64,000 bases of DNA from the human T2T-CHM13v2.0 reference genome, Homo sapiens. Of this stretch, positions 1 to 14,997 are shown in pieces (position 1 is the first letter of the stretch; each line of letters opens with the position of its first letter). A program made the translations under genes and the position numbers. The stretch is from the NCBI RefSeq assembly GCF_009914755.1, contig NC_060930.1; one strand, 5' to 3'. The notes under the pieces were generated by a model. That model ran no database searches. It saw nothing but the letters and a program-made list of their open reading frames with translations, and had not been told where the DNA came from.

Positions 1-7
1 TAAGTCA

Positions 8-333
<326 letters not shown>

Positions 334-423
334 CTACCACAACCATGCATCACAACTAGGAACCCAATGAATCAAGAATCAGAACATCTGATATTTCAAT
401 TCCATAAAAGTATCACTACTTTC

Positions 424-1162
<739 letters not shown>

Positions 1163-1329
1163 AGTAGAACTCTTGGGTATGCTTTGTTATAAAGCCCAAT
1201 CTGTAAGCAACACAAAGGATATATCTGTAATTGAGGCCGTGAGGAAATTTAACACAAGCACATTAACAAAATGTAGTCAATAAAGCTAAGAAAAACACAA
1301 TTCTAAAATAAAAGACACATCAAAAAAAT

Positions 1330-1600
1330 CCCTATAGAGAAGGAAGGGATACAGCTAGACAGGAGGAGTAAGTTCTAGTGTTCTATTCTAGGGTAGGATG
1401 ACCATAGTAACAATAATACATTATACAGTTTCAAATACCTAGAAGGAAGATACTGAATTGAAAGAAATGATAAATGTCTGAGATGATGAATACACTAATT
1501 ACCTTGATCTGACCGCTATACATGTATGGAAACATCACTATGTACTCCATAAATATGTTCAATTATTATTTGTCATTTTAAAAATAAAATTCATTTTTTA
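1330..1600 (+). mobile_element. Old L1M 3' end fragment
   Basis: L1MA-type 3'UTR motifs (AAGAAATGATAAATGTCTGAG, ACATCACTATGTAC) ending A-rich. Confidence 0.7.
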
Positions 1601-2184
1601 AAAAAATCTCCACCATTTAGCAACAGCTGTAAATAGCAAATATCCTGGAAAACTTTTAAATCTACTCTGTGGAAATCTGAATAACCTCATGCTTTTTTCT
1701 AGTGACTTAATTTTTACCTATGACCACAGTAATATCTCCAGAAGACTCATTCAAAATGCTTCCAGGTTTTAGTCCAAGTTCTAAATTAAATGAACCCAAG
1801 GACCCCAGGGTTAAATCTTGTCTTAAGAGGTTACTGCTCTTTTCAAAAGAATCTTCTAGGGAAAAAAAAAAAATCTCCAGGAGTGGCAAGCCCCTTTACA
1901 ATGAAAGGACTGCCAGGCTGCCCATAGCTAAGGGTATTCTACTGACTCAGGGACCATTGAGAAACTTTCAGAGCCTCCAATTCCAAATTAATGAACAGAG
2001 TCATTTCTTCAAGTGGGCCTTCTACTCTTTAGGTAAGAGTATCTCAAGACTTTAAATACTCATCCAACAATTAATTTTATGTTGTTTCTTTTACCATCGG
2101 AATTCATGGCAACACCCCATAAAATACTAAATGAAGCTGCTATTCTATAATGGTGCCCCAGGATAGAAAATATTGTTGCAACGA

Positions 2185-2370
2185 TGGGAACAACAGACAC
2201 CAGGACTCCAAAAGATGGGAGACAGGGAGGGAGCAAGAGTTAAAAAAACTACCTATCAAAATACTATGTTCACTATTTAAGTGACATGATCAATAGAAGC
2301 CCAAACCTCAGCATCACGCAATATACCCATGTAACAAACCTAGGCATGAATCCCCTGAATCTAAAAAAGG
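2185..2370 (+). mobile_element. L1 3' end fragment (L1PB/L1MA-like)
   Basis: AGAAGCCCAAACCTCAGCATCACGCAATATACCCATGTAACAAACC...CCCCTGAATCTAAAA. Confidence 0.8.
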
Positions 2371-3359
2371 AAAATTATTATTGCAATGGAGCTGGGATAA
2401 ATACAGTTCTACAAAATTAAGTACTGTGTTTCCTACATTGTAATCCTGATAGTATTGGTGCTATGTACTAGCTCTTATGAAATCTATATCTAATCCCAAA
2501 GATTGATAGTACTACTGATTTTTTAATCAAATATTCCCGTTGCATCATTTTTAGAAAATAATCTGGAGATATAATATATTCTAGTTATTTTGTACAAAAG
2601 CCCTGGATACCTCAAGAAGACTTTCAAAAGGCCCTTATACTTATCCCAGGGAGTGCAAACTCAGATGCTACAGAGGGTAGTCTGGTAAAGGAAAGCAAGC
2701 CATGTATGAGAGAGAATGGATAGAGGTTGTGGTAAAATAAAGACATGCCCCAACTAAAGGCAAAGCTTCTATATAGTTCCAGCAACTGTCTTTAAGAAAT
2801 ATGAGCCTGGTGTTAACCTTTTAACATTTTAAGGAAAGCCAGAAAACTGATTTTTATACATTATCTCTCAATTTTTAAATGGTACTTTTCTTCTTTTTTT
2901 TAATGTAGTCAAAGTAAACATGTCCACAGACCAAATATGGTCTGCACAATGCTAGTCTGGCCTTTCAATAGCGTCTCTCCCGAAGAATTACAAAATTCCA
3001 ACCACTAAAGATACTATGAATGTCCTATATGTTTAAAATTTCTATTCAAGAAACACAAAAGCTCTCTGAAAAACCTATATCATGCTTAATAACTTATTTT
3101 AGAATATCCTTACAAGGTTTAATTTAAATCAATTCTGCTAAAATTTAGGTCCTATCCTTTCAGATCTTTAAGCAGGCTGTTAACATTTTCAGATTTCACA
3201 TATTCCAATTGTGCTTAAAATATCGAGACTATAATAGGAATAATATAGCTTTGACTGACATGGGTTACAATAAATACAACTTCCACTTATTTCTATTTTA
3301 ATTAAAGTCTATTAGTATTCACTATTCATTTTAAATTTTTCTAACTGGTTTTTCTAGTT

Positions 3360-3673
<314 letters not shown>

Positions 3674-4456
3674 TCTAGTTTTTTAAGATATAGTCTGTAC
3701 AACGAATAAACAAGTTTATAATTGCTATACTTCTTTTAATAATCTGTGAAGCAGGTTTGCTTCAGGTTTAAATTCTGAAGTTTACACTGACCAATCTTGC
3801 AACCTTAGGCAAAACACCTGACCTTACTTTCAATTGCCCACTACTTAATGGTGATGATAATCTTAATATTAAAATGTTTTTTACATAATAGTGTTTTCAT
3901 ATACTTTGACATTTTTCTCACCAAATATACTATGCATACATTTGACTAACCTTGTTACTTTAGAAGTAATTTAATGAGAAAAAATAAAAATTTGGTACCA
4001 ATGACACTATTACCAAATGAATGCAAAATATCTTTTACAAAATATTCTTCAAAGAGGGACATTAAAACCTAAAAAGACAGCTGTTTGTTAATAAAGAAAG
4101 ACATGTGGAGTGGAGCTCACCACACTTCAGAAGCAGCTCAATTAAAACATACAGCAATGTGTCTGATTATTCATCAGTAGTAACTGATTATTTGAAATTC
4201 TTCACATTTACATTGAAAAACTTTACCAAATTGAGTAAAAGAACATTCACTTTTTCCATTCTCTTTTTGCCAGATTTCTTACCTATATTTCCCAAAAAAA
4301 TGCAATTTTTTTTTCTATGATAAACTTCTGACATGTTCGTAATGTTTATATAAAAATACGGAGAGGTTACTCTTACAACATAAGTACATTAAAAAATCTC
4401 ATTGGTACAAGTTTATTTCAAAAAAGTCATCCTTTTAGCTATTTAAAAAGGCAAGT

Positions 4457-4775
<319 letters not shown>

Positions 4776-5130
4776 AAGGCAAGAAATATTCAATCATATA
4801 TGGAAAAAATTATCACTAATTTTTTAAAAAATATTTTATTAGTGGTTATGAATTGTAATGTTGACATGAGGAATTCTTAAAATAGGCTGTATTTTAGAAT
4901 CATTGAATTTATTATATGATGAACTTAATCTTATATATCACATTAGTATACATAAGGCCATATAATAGAAAGAACAAGTATTTTACATCTCCTACAACTT
5001 TTTAGGTCAAAAAATAAGCTTTTGGCTCATAATAAAGTTACTAGGAATGCATTCATTAATTATAGAAGGACACATAATTCTTGGTAATTTTCTCCATACA
5101 GGTAAATCACCTTACAGAATGAATACTTTC

Positions 5131-5424
5131 TTATTTTATTTTATTTTATTTATTTTGTTTTATTTTGTGACAGGGTCTCGCTCTGTTACCTAGGCTCACT
5201 GCAGCCTTGACATTCTGGGCACAAGAGATCCTCCCACCTCAGCTTTCTGAGTAGCTGGGACTACAGGCACATGCCACTGCACCCAACTAATTTTTATATT
5301 TTTTGTAGAGACAGGGTTTTGCCATGTTGTCCAAGCTGGTCTTGAACTCCTGGTGTTAAGTGATCTGCCCACCTCGACTTCTCAAAGTGCTGGGTTTACA
5401 GGTGTGAGCCACTGAGCCCAGCCC
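5131..5424 (-). mobile_element. Alu (AluJ-like, internal deletion)
   Basis: Diverged reverse Alu with (TTTTA)n tail. Confidence 0.9.
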
Positions 5425-5694
5425 AGAGGGAATATTTTCTTGAATTACCTCTTAAACATACTAGAGTTCCCTAATTAAAAAGTCACCGGTGAATTCTTCT
5501 GTAAAACAAAGAATAACACTCAATTCAATAAATATTACTGTGGTCCCTCTGTATCAAAAACATATCAAGTGAGAAGGCTATAACGATGACCCTCTGCATT
5601 AGAGACTGTTAAAATCATTAGAATTGGTAGGTACTTTTAAAAAAACAACAAAACACTCTATTTCTCACTGAAATGCCAGTAACTATGCTCTAAT

Positions 5695-5892
5695 TCTGAG
5701 GTCTCAACTCTAACTGCACATTAGACTTACATAGAAAGCTTTGCTTTAAAACCTCCAGGGCCCAGCCTCTACCACTTCCCTCTGCCAAAACCCCCAGGAA
5801 ATTTTGATTCATCTGTGGTGGGGACTAAGCATCAGTATTTTTCTAAATAGCCCCCAGATGGTTCCAGTGCAGCAAAGGTTGAAAAGCAATGC
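5695..5892. mobile_element. MER5A-like hAT MITE relic
   Basis: CTGCACATTAG...CATCAGTATTTTT...CCCCAGATGGTTC..GTGCAGCAAAGGTTGAAAAGCAATG. Confidence 0.6.
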
Positions 5893-6248
5893 TGCTTTAC
5901 AGGGAGCCAGTCTGCGTGTAAAAATTTACACAACACATACACACATAATGAAAGCAACGTACTCTTCTCTCTCTCCCCTCCCACCAGGCCTCAAATCCTT
6001 GCTGCCATTCTTAGAGAAAGGCAGGAGAGCTTGGATCTTTTAGAGAGTGTATACAGTTTACTGTAGAAAAAGAGAAGTGCCTATGAAAAGCAGAGATAGT
6101 ATGTTAGCTGTCCCATAAAACAAATGTCTAGATATGGCTGTACTGCCTACACTGTAGTTTCTCCCCAAATGACACTTTCCCTCACTTTATTATACCACCT
6201 GAAATTACATTAACTGTCTTAAAAAGCATCTTCTTACAAAAATGTTAA

Positions 6249-6608
<360 letters not shown>

Positions 6609-7289
6609 TCCCCTATAAGTCTTTTAATTAGATTATTTTTCTTGCTAATTACAGGTCAACATCACTTGGATTTAACGAATCAATGTTCTAATAGTGGAGG
6701 TGGAAAAATGAGTAATTCTGAAATAAACATTTTGGAAAGGAAGACACACCTAAGTGACTCTAGAATAAGTGTTGAAGGAGAGTCAGGTCACTGAAAGAAA
6801 AAGAAATGGAAATATGAGCACCTGAAATAACTGACCTTTAAGATCCCTTCCAACTCTGAGATTGTAAAATTCCATGGAGAGACCAAAGTTAAGCAGCTCC
6901 TCTTTTCCTTTCTCACATAAAAGAGTTCCCTCCTCCTAAGACACAGATCTCAGACTACTGCAGCTAAGACATTATAAATTTTATCCTATTATTAAGACTA
7001 AAAATGACTTTTAGGATTCTATGTCAAGTCTTACCTTTAAGACTATAAACTAGCTATAATTTGAGTCTCTCTGGATTGTTTTTTAGGAGGCCACAAGTAA
7101 ATCTCTTTAGTAAATAGTAACTATTAACTGTGCATGTCATGCAACAAGCATTTATTTAATCTACCTAATGAGCTGTTGAAGGGTAATACAGTATTACAAG
7201 AGTCATTAGACTTCGGAGAGGAACTACAATGACCCAATTTTAACTTGAAAAAAAGTTTTAAATTGATACAGATAAAGCAATAATTATAG

Positions 7290-7700
7290 GCAAACGTGTA
7301 GCTTTAAATGCTTCTATTAAAAAAGAAAAAAGAGCTGCAAATTAATGAGCTAGTATTCAGTACAATAAGGTTAAAGGTTTCCCACATAGAAAAAAATAAA
7401 GAGCAGAAATTGATAAAACAAAAAATAATATATGTGTCTATATAACGAGGAGAAAAAGCCAAAAGTTGGTTCTTTGAAAAGGCTAATAAACTTCTAGCAT
7501 AACAGATGAAGAGCAAAAGTGGGAAGATACAAATAAAAACAAAAGGGAACATGACTACAGATACTGGAAATACTAAAAAGATAACAGGATATTCATGAAA
7601 ACCTTTTTATAAATAAGTTTGAAAATCTAGATGAAATGGCCAAATTCCCAGAATATGATACTAGCAAAAACTTACTCAGTAATTTACAGATGACTTAAAC
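7290..7700 (+). mobile_element. Old L1M ORF2 fragment
   Basis: AAAAGTTGGTTCTTTGAAAAG, AATCTAGATGAAATGG motifs. Confidence 0.7.
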
Positions 7701-8873
7701 AACTCCACGTAAAATAAAAACCAGAAATGAAATCCCAAACATAATGCTTTATGTGGATGTGTGTGAGGTAAATTATTACATGAGTTTACAAAACATTAAT
7801 CACCCAGCCTATATTTGAAAAAGTTCTAATTTTTCTGTACTCCACTGTTTAATAAATCTGTAGCTAACCAGTAAAAGCTAGTCTCTGGTAGCGCCAAAAT
7901 AAATAACGTTATCATCTAATAACAGGTATTAGTAGTGAATTTAATGAGAAAATAAACAAGAAAATCATGGAAATACAAAAGAAAAAGAAACCGTAAGTAT
8001 AATCGTAAATACCAAAGAAATTAGAAACTCCATTATTAATGAAGATTCCTTTCACACTTTTTAAAACTCAATTGAGAAGGTAGTGAAAACTGTAAATACT
8101 CCCCCTATAAAACTGCAAGTAAACACAAACTTGTACATAGAATTTCAAAGAACTCAAAAATACCCTGATGCACATATATGATATTGATAGGAGTTCCAGA
8201 TAAGTAGAACTTCAGGGTACCCAAGGGTATCCAAGAGACAGTAAAGGTAGTATAACTAGAAAAATTTCCAGTGTCATCTCTGTCAGATCAAAATGAAATG
8301 CAAACACTGGGTTAAAAACATTAGTAATAATAATGAATGGAAGCACCTGGAGGTAGACTTGTAAATTCAGAGGCTTAACTTAAATTATATGAACCAAAAG
8401 AAAAACATAAGTCTCTAAAGATCTTCAAGATCTACCTCAAATGGCACTTCTCTCATTAAACCTCTTTTCCCTACTGCTCCCACACGCAGAGCACTCTGAC
8501 CCCCCTTCTCTGTCTCTTATATTTCTGACATGTATCACGGACATTTAGTTATGTGGCTTACTCCTCTAGACAAACTTAAGAAACTATTCCAGAGGAAACT
8601 AATGATCTCACTTCGGTATTCCCTTTGCAGTGCTCAGAGTGAGTAATTCGTGCGGCCACTGAAAATATCAGCAGATATTTTCAAGGAACAAAGATCGTTG
8701 GAACTCATTGCTTTTAAGTACTGTATACTGACAGGAATCCCTTGAAATCGTGGAAGTATTCTTTCAAAGAGCATGAATAATTTATAATTAATATTACTGT
8801 GCTGCCCGGGTGAGGCGCGGGGGAATGGATTATTAGGATATGCTGGTTGTGGCAGTAAAAATATAGAGGCGGC

Positions 8874-9208
<335 letters not shown>

Positions 9209-9364
9209 TTAAATAAATTCGACGTTTTGGCAAATAAGAGAAAAAGTAAACCTCCAAGTTGGGCACTATTTTAAAAACAATAAATAAATTAACACTGTTG
9301 ACCCTTCTCTGGACCCTCTCTGGATCGATGGTTTATAGGCTTAAAACATCAAAAGCAATTTTAC

Positions 9365-9519
9365 TTGTGAAAATTTTCATCAGTTTCCTCCAGATGTAAA
9401 AGAATCTCTTCGGCACACTCCAGGGAAGGGGCACCCGTGATTTTCTCCTTCACGCTCTGGAACAACCGCCTCAGCATCGCCTGCAGCATCGCCTGGTCCT
9501 CGCTGGAGAAATGGGCCAT
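9365..9519 (-). CDS. TBC1D32: TBC1D32 (protein broad-minded, BROMI) first coding exon
   Basis: ATG at 9519 in strong Kozak context (AGGATGG). 155 nt encode [51 protein letters not shown](N), matching the TBC1D32 N-terminus as I recall it. Phase-2 donor AA|GTAAAA at 9364. I did not see exon 2 in the window. Confidence 0.96.
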
Positions 9520-9529
9520 CCTGTTGGAA

Positions 9530-9547
9530 TCAAACGTCCACTCTCAT
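9530..9547 (-). other. Upstream ORF (MRVDV*) just 5' of the TBC1D32 start codon
   Basis: ATG AGA GTG GAC GTT TGA, ending 10 nt before the main ATG. Confidence 0.65.
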
Positions 9548-9570
9548 TACTCCAGGTCCGAGCAAAAGCC

Positions 9571-9595
9571 GCGCACTGCGCACGCGCACGCGCAC
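9571..9595. promoter_or_regulatory. NRF1-like GCGCA repeats
   Basis: GCGCACTGCGCACGCGCACGCGCAC contains TGCGCACGCGCA, close to consensus TGCGCATGCGCA. Confidence 0.6.
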
Positions 9596-9625
9596 CCCCA
9601 CCCAGCCCCGGCTACGTGCGGCGTC

Positions 9626-9639
9626 GTTCCCAGGGATAC
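9626..9639. promoter_or_regulatory. RFX X-box-like element
   Basis: GTTCCCAGGGATAC, a 14-bp imperfect palindrome compared with GTTGCCATGGCAAC. Confidence 0.55.
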
Positions 9640-9860
9640 CGCGGCGAGCGCCTGTGCCTGCGCCCTCAGCTGCCAGTGCGTCATTTCGGAAAACGAGTCA
9701 CCTTACTTTGGGGAAGCAGGGGTCCGCGAGGTCTCGCCTCTGGTACTCTTAGTTGCTAGCCTTCAGTACCAGCAGACCTCAGGCTCTCCCGACTAACAAC
9801 AAAAGAGACATCAGGAATGATCTGATGGGAGGACCCGACGACGGAACGCCACGATGCGCG

Positions 9861-9868
9861 TGACGTCA
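9861..9868. promoter_or_regulatory. Full CRE palindrome (CREB/ATF)
   Basis: TGACGTCA inside the CpG island. Confidence 0.7.
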
Positions 9869-11409
9869 GCTCGCTGATGTGGCTTCCTTGGTGGGAGGGA
9901 GTGCAACTGGTGTCCTGGGGGCGCCCAGAGAATGTTCGGGTGAGCCACTCTCCTTCGCCGCCGCGTTGTAGGTGGGAGGGAAGAGAGTACGAAGAGAAAG
10001 TGATCAATAAAAGAAAGATAGTAAAAGTGAAACTGAAAGTAGCCTGACGAGCCTCAGTTGAAGAGTGAATGGTATTGAAAAGTTGCAGTGTTGTTTTCCT
10101 CTAACGGCTAACACCTATTGAGCTCCTACGCCCTACCAAACACTTTCCTTACCAAGCACCCTGCTAGGAGCTATGAAGAACTCCCTCACTAAGTAACAGA
10201 GAGAAAAATAAATTAACGATTACAATACAGTGCAATTAAATGTCATGCTAGAAAAAAAAGATATGCCAAGTCGGTGCTGTGGAGACCCAGAATTAGTTTC
10301 AACCCAATAGAGGAGTTGAGGAAAGAAGCAAAGAGAGTAAACTGGACATGCAAAGAATAGGGGCCTCAGAGTGTAGGATATACTGGCACTTGAGGTAATC
10401 GGGTTAGAAAGAGGAGATGAGGAAGCTAAAGAAGTAAATTGGTCACATCTGGAAGGGTCTAATCTTTTGGCACGTTAAGGGATTCGAGATTTTTCTGCAA
10501 GTAATAGGACGCAATGGGATTCCAGAGAGACACCATGTGATGGTATCATATATAAAGATCGTTCTGCGGGAAGCTGCAGTGGATATTCATGGTCCCTCAT
10601 CCAGTTTCCAGTCTAGATCAATTCCCCAGACCATGGTTATGTCCAGGCTATAAGGAACCGTCCCACTGATGAGTGGTTCAATGTCAATGAATTCTCCTTT
10701 ATCCAGCCTTATATTTTACTCCCCTAGTATCAGGTACACATCACATGTTAGACAGAATTAACGTCCTCTTTGATGTTTACGCTATTATTTTCTGAAGCAA
10801 AAGTATGATACATCTTTGCCAGCTCTAGCGGCATGTAACTCCATGAAATGTCTGCTAATTGTCTAACTACTGCATTAGGGGAAAAAAATATTAGCAGAGT
10901 AGGCATATTTGCAACTTTATTTGTGGGTGAGGGCTAAAACCCAATATGTATATGTACAAGTATGTGTGTGCACATACATAGAGTTACCAGCAATGTGACA
11001 GCTGCATATTCAAATTAACAGATGGTTGTATTGACAACTCAGACACGAAGACTGAGATAGCCATTAGTGATGTGATTTTCTGAAATATTGCTATTATTGG
11101 TAAGATTCAGAACAAAATTCCTTGGTTTACATGGCTTTTGCATTCCTGAAAAATTCAGTGTGTTAAAACTGTGCCAAATATTCCATTTATGTTTATATAA
11201 TATTCATATTTATAATATGTATATTTCTAATTCCATGTTTATAAGTATTATATCTATTTATATACATGGAATTAGATCCTATTTATAAATATTATATCTA
11301 TTTATATACATGGAATTAGATCCTAGACTCAAATACTTATCAAGAGTGTTTTTTCTGCATGAAATACCCAGAAAGACCATTGAAACCACTGAGAGTCATG
11401 GAAGAACCA

Positions 11410-11560
11410 GAACAATCCTTTTGTGTAGGTGACTGTCCTGGGTGTATTTTAATTTGTTTAAGTGTCCCTGTCTCACACTACAGATGCCAGTAAGTGCCCT
11501 GAAGCCACTGTGATGACAAAATGTCCCCAAATATTTCAAAAAGCCTTCTACGGGAGAATA
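11410..11560. mobile_element. MER20-like DNA transposon relic
   Basis: GACTGTCCTG...CAGATGCCAGTA...ACAAATGTCCCCAAATATT. Confidence 0.55.
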
Positions 11561-11835
11561 GAACTGGACAGATTAACAACTACTGTTCTAGATATTATAC
11601 CTTAGGAAGAAGGAAAATAAACTTAGAATACCTGAGATACAAGAAGGAAAGAGAGCAAAAACAGGAGGGATGCTTTAAGGTAAAATTCAATAAATATTGT
11701 TTTCATAAAATAATGATTATAAAATATTCTAATTTGTGAAGATTAAAAATACATAGTACTAAAATACTAGAAACAATAATTAGAAAGTAGGAAATAGAAT
11801 AAGTTGAAATGTTCTGCAATCTTTGTATTTTTGTG

Positions 11836-11968
11836 TTTTTTTTTCTTTTTTTAGAGATGGAGTTTCACTATGTTGCTCAGTCTGGACTCAAATTCCTGGG
11901 CTCAAATGATCCCCCAACTTCAGACTCCCAAGTAGCTAGGACTGCAGATATGTACCACTGCACCCAGC
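11836..11968 (-). mobile_element. FLAM / Alu monomer
   Basis: Single reverse Alu arm with T-tail. Confidence 0.85.
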
Positions 11969-12599
11969 ATCTTGTGCTTTTCTAAAGGGAGTTTAAGATG
12001 TTAAACTTGACTGAGTCAGCATGGTAAAATTTCAAATGTAACCACTTGAAAATTAGAAATAGAGAATTTTAATTTAAAAATAGAAAAATTAAATAAGAGA
12101 ACAATGAATACTTTTTTAAAAAAAAAAGCATTAGAAAAGTAGGAAAAATAAAAATATACAAAGAAACATTATAGAAAAAGCCCCAAACACTGATAAATTT
12201 AAATGAACTCAACACTCCACTTAAAAGCCAGAACTGCCAGATTGGATTTTAAAATGACCAACTGTATGCTATTTATTAGAATCCTAAAATCCTAGAAAAG
12301 TAAGAATTTAAAAGACGGGAAAAGATAAAATAGGTGAATATTATCCAAAATGAAGCTGTTGAAGCTATACTCATATCAGCAAAAATAAAGATGTCAGGGA
12401 TACTGAGTGTCGCACCATAATTTTTAAAAGTAGTTTAATTCAACAGGAAGATACAAAAATGTTGAACTTTTAATATTTTGAGAATTTTTAATAAGTAAAC
12501 AAAGTTCTTAATCTCTCCAAAAGTTTTTAATATTTTCCAGAGAATATTTCTGCACATGTTCTTATATATCCTTAAATAAGATACACTCAACCTAGGAAG

Positions 12600-12830
12600 C
12601 TGAATTCCCAAGATATCCATGGGACACCTCTGAAGCACCATCTCAGCTTCAGAGCTCCTCATAAGATTGGCTGGAGACTTTTTTGCAAGAGCATTACAGC
12701 TGAACTTCTCCTTATACCTAATTCTTCCTCCCAGACTCTTCCCAGACATTGTTCCCAAGAGTACACCCCAGTAAGTCTACTGCATATGAATCTCTGAGTT
12801 TGAGTCTATTTCCGAGGGAATCTGATTCAG
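12600..12830. mobile_element. MLT2/ERVL-type LTR fragment
   Basis: CACCATCTCAGCTTCAGAGCTCC...CCCAAGAGTACACCCCAGTAA...GAATCTCTGAG. Confidence 0.5.
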
Positions 12831-14997
12831 TCAATCAGATATTATCCCATTATCCAACACATGGTGTTCTTACAATAATAACATGAGTTTCTGATCGTGT
12901 CATAGACTGCCAGGTCATCCTTATGTCTGTTCTGTACACAGTGGACTCTTGTCAAAGAACTAATTTTTGTCCCAAAGAGATATGGCCACAGTAGCAATGT
13001 CAATGATCTAAATTTTTTTATGTATTTTCTTTACTTTTTTGAAAAGCTGTGAGCATAGTATTTCATACCCATGGATTTGCAGTGAGATAACACATGTAAA
13101 ATACTAGCAAAGGCCTTGAATTTTGGAAAAGTGTTCAATAACTATTGAATATTATTATCATCGTTGCCCATTTCTACAACTTTGAATTGGATATTTTCAT
13201 AGAACTTAGCCAGCCAGATGCAACTTTTATAAACTGATAAGAGAGTAAAGTATTTCAAATCTTCCAAGTTTTGAAATTGGCTTTTTCTTCTCTAGGTAAC
13301 AAATCAGAATGAAATTAGGGAGCTATAAACCTCTAACATCTCTACTTAAAGACTTTTTATTTTTGGGATCTCCCATTTTAAAATGACTTTTGTTTTTTCC
13401 CAGGGAGATATTTGGTTGGAAAACCAAACACTTACAGATGAAAAATTTCTTCAAAAGTCTGACATAGAGTTTGGCCATTACACAAAACATAGTTCTTGGC
13501 TTTGAAAATTTGCTCGCATGTCTGGAGAAATAATTTGAATTGGTATAAATAACTATGTTTCCTTATTTACAGGAAACATAACATTCCTTATTTACAGGGA
13601 TCACTTACTGATCCCTCCTAAATTATTGGCCTAAGCAATTTTCCAAATAAGCCTCTTGAGCTAATGTCCTAGCCTAATCCTGCTTTTAGTATGATGCCAG
13701 CAAGACAAGAATCTCACTGCTCTGAAAGCAAGGCTAAAATATATTCACTCTCATGTTTCCAGCATTGAATCCAACTTTGAAGATATTTGTTATGTGGTCT
13801 ACAAAATTCTGTACATCAGGTGTAACTGAACCTTGCTTCTTAAGACTTGATTTTAATACACGTTCCCCCTTCTTTGGTTTTATTAATTTGAGACCATATT
13901 CAGTCAAATTCAATCTACTCTCATGTCTAAACAAGTCTCTAAACTACATGTGCATTGTGTGTGCATGTGAATTTCTTCTTTCACTTTAAGAAAAAATATA
14001 ATATAAAAAACATATTTGTTCCTTAATAGAGTTATAAGATGAATTAATTTATCACAAACAATTTTAGTAATAGAATTTTCAATAAAAATAGGATTTGTCT
14101 TGAGTTTGTTACTAAATAAAAACTTGAATAATTAGCCACTTACACGTATAGAGTTACATCTTTAGGAAAGAACATTAAAATGTCTTATGTGCTGGGAAAT
14201 TTTCCATATTGCTCTAAGAAAAGAACACAAAGTTGGAGAAAATGACTTTCATGCCAACATTCCTATGCATAAATCATAGAATTCAAATGTTTTCATTAAC
14301 TGTTTAGTAATTTGTTGCAAAGAAAAGAAAGTAATAATTCGGTGTTGAAAACAGAATTTACTACAAAGAAAATAACTGTTTATAGAATGCATGTTAACAA
14401 TTATATATATATATTAAAAAATACACACACATACATTTTCCTTCTTTCCATTACAAAAAACATTTTAAAAACTTTACAAAAGTATAGAGAATAAAATGAT
14501 GAACCTCTCAGATTTAAAAATGTTCAGTATCTTGCCAATCTTATGTCAACTATTACCCCCCGCCCCATTTGTTCTAAATACATTAAACCTCAAACATCTC
14601 GTCATTTGATCTATAAACACCGTGGCCTGCATCTTTCATAGATCAGGTCTATTCCCGCATAACCACTATATATATGATTATCCTTTACTACTAACTAAAT
14701 TCATAAGACTTCCTTTATAGCATCAAATACAAGTTAACATCCAAATTTCCCTAATTGTCCAGAAATGTGTTTTCAGCGTTGGTTTATTTCAATCAGGAGC
14801 CAAACAAGTTCGCGTTTCATTTCGTTGAGTCTGTTTCAGCCTTTTCTCTCTCCTGTTCCCCCACTGGCTTGTTGGAGCAGTCAGGTCATTGACTCTGCAT
14901 CGCCCCATGCCCTGGATTTGCGGACTGTGTCCTTGTGGTGTCATTTAACATGCTCCTCTAACCTTGAATTCCCTGTGGATTGCAGTTAAGACTAGAG

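Larger units (their letters stand above)
9400..9970. promoter_or_regulatory. TBC1D32: CpG island / TBC1D32 promoter
   Basis: Only dense GC/CpG block of unique sequence; spans exon 1 and upstream DNA. Confidence 0.9.

Noticed and set aside
1707-2055. 111-aa plus-strand ORF and its antisense partner in intron 1
   Set aside because: No recognisable homology or convincing splice context; passes through an A-run.
9437-10007. ORFs of 82-119 aa overlapping the CpG island
   Set aside because: GC-rich stop depletion, and mostly antisense to the real TBC1D32 exon; no recognisable protein.
13559-13598. 15-bp direct repeat TTCCTTATTTACAGG with a 10-bp spacer
   Set aside because: Only two copies; a simple slippage duplication, not an array or CRISPR-like structure.
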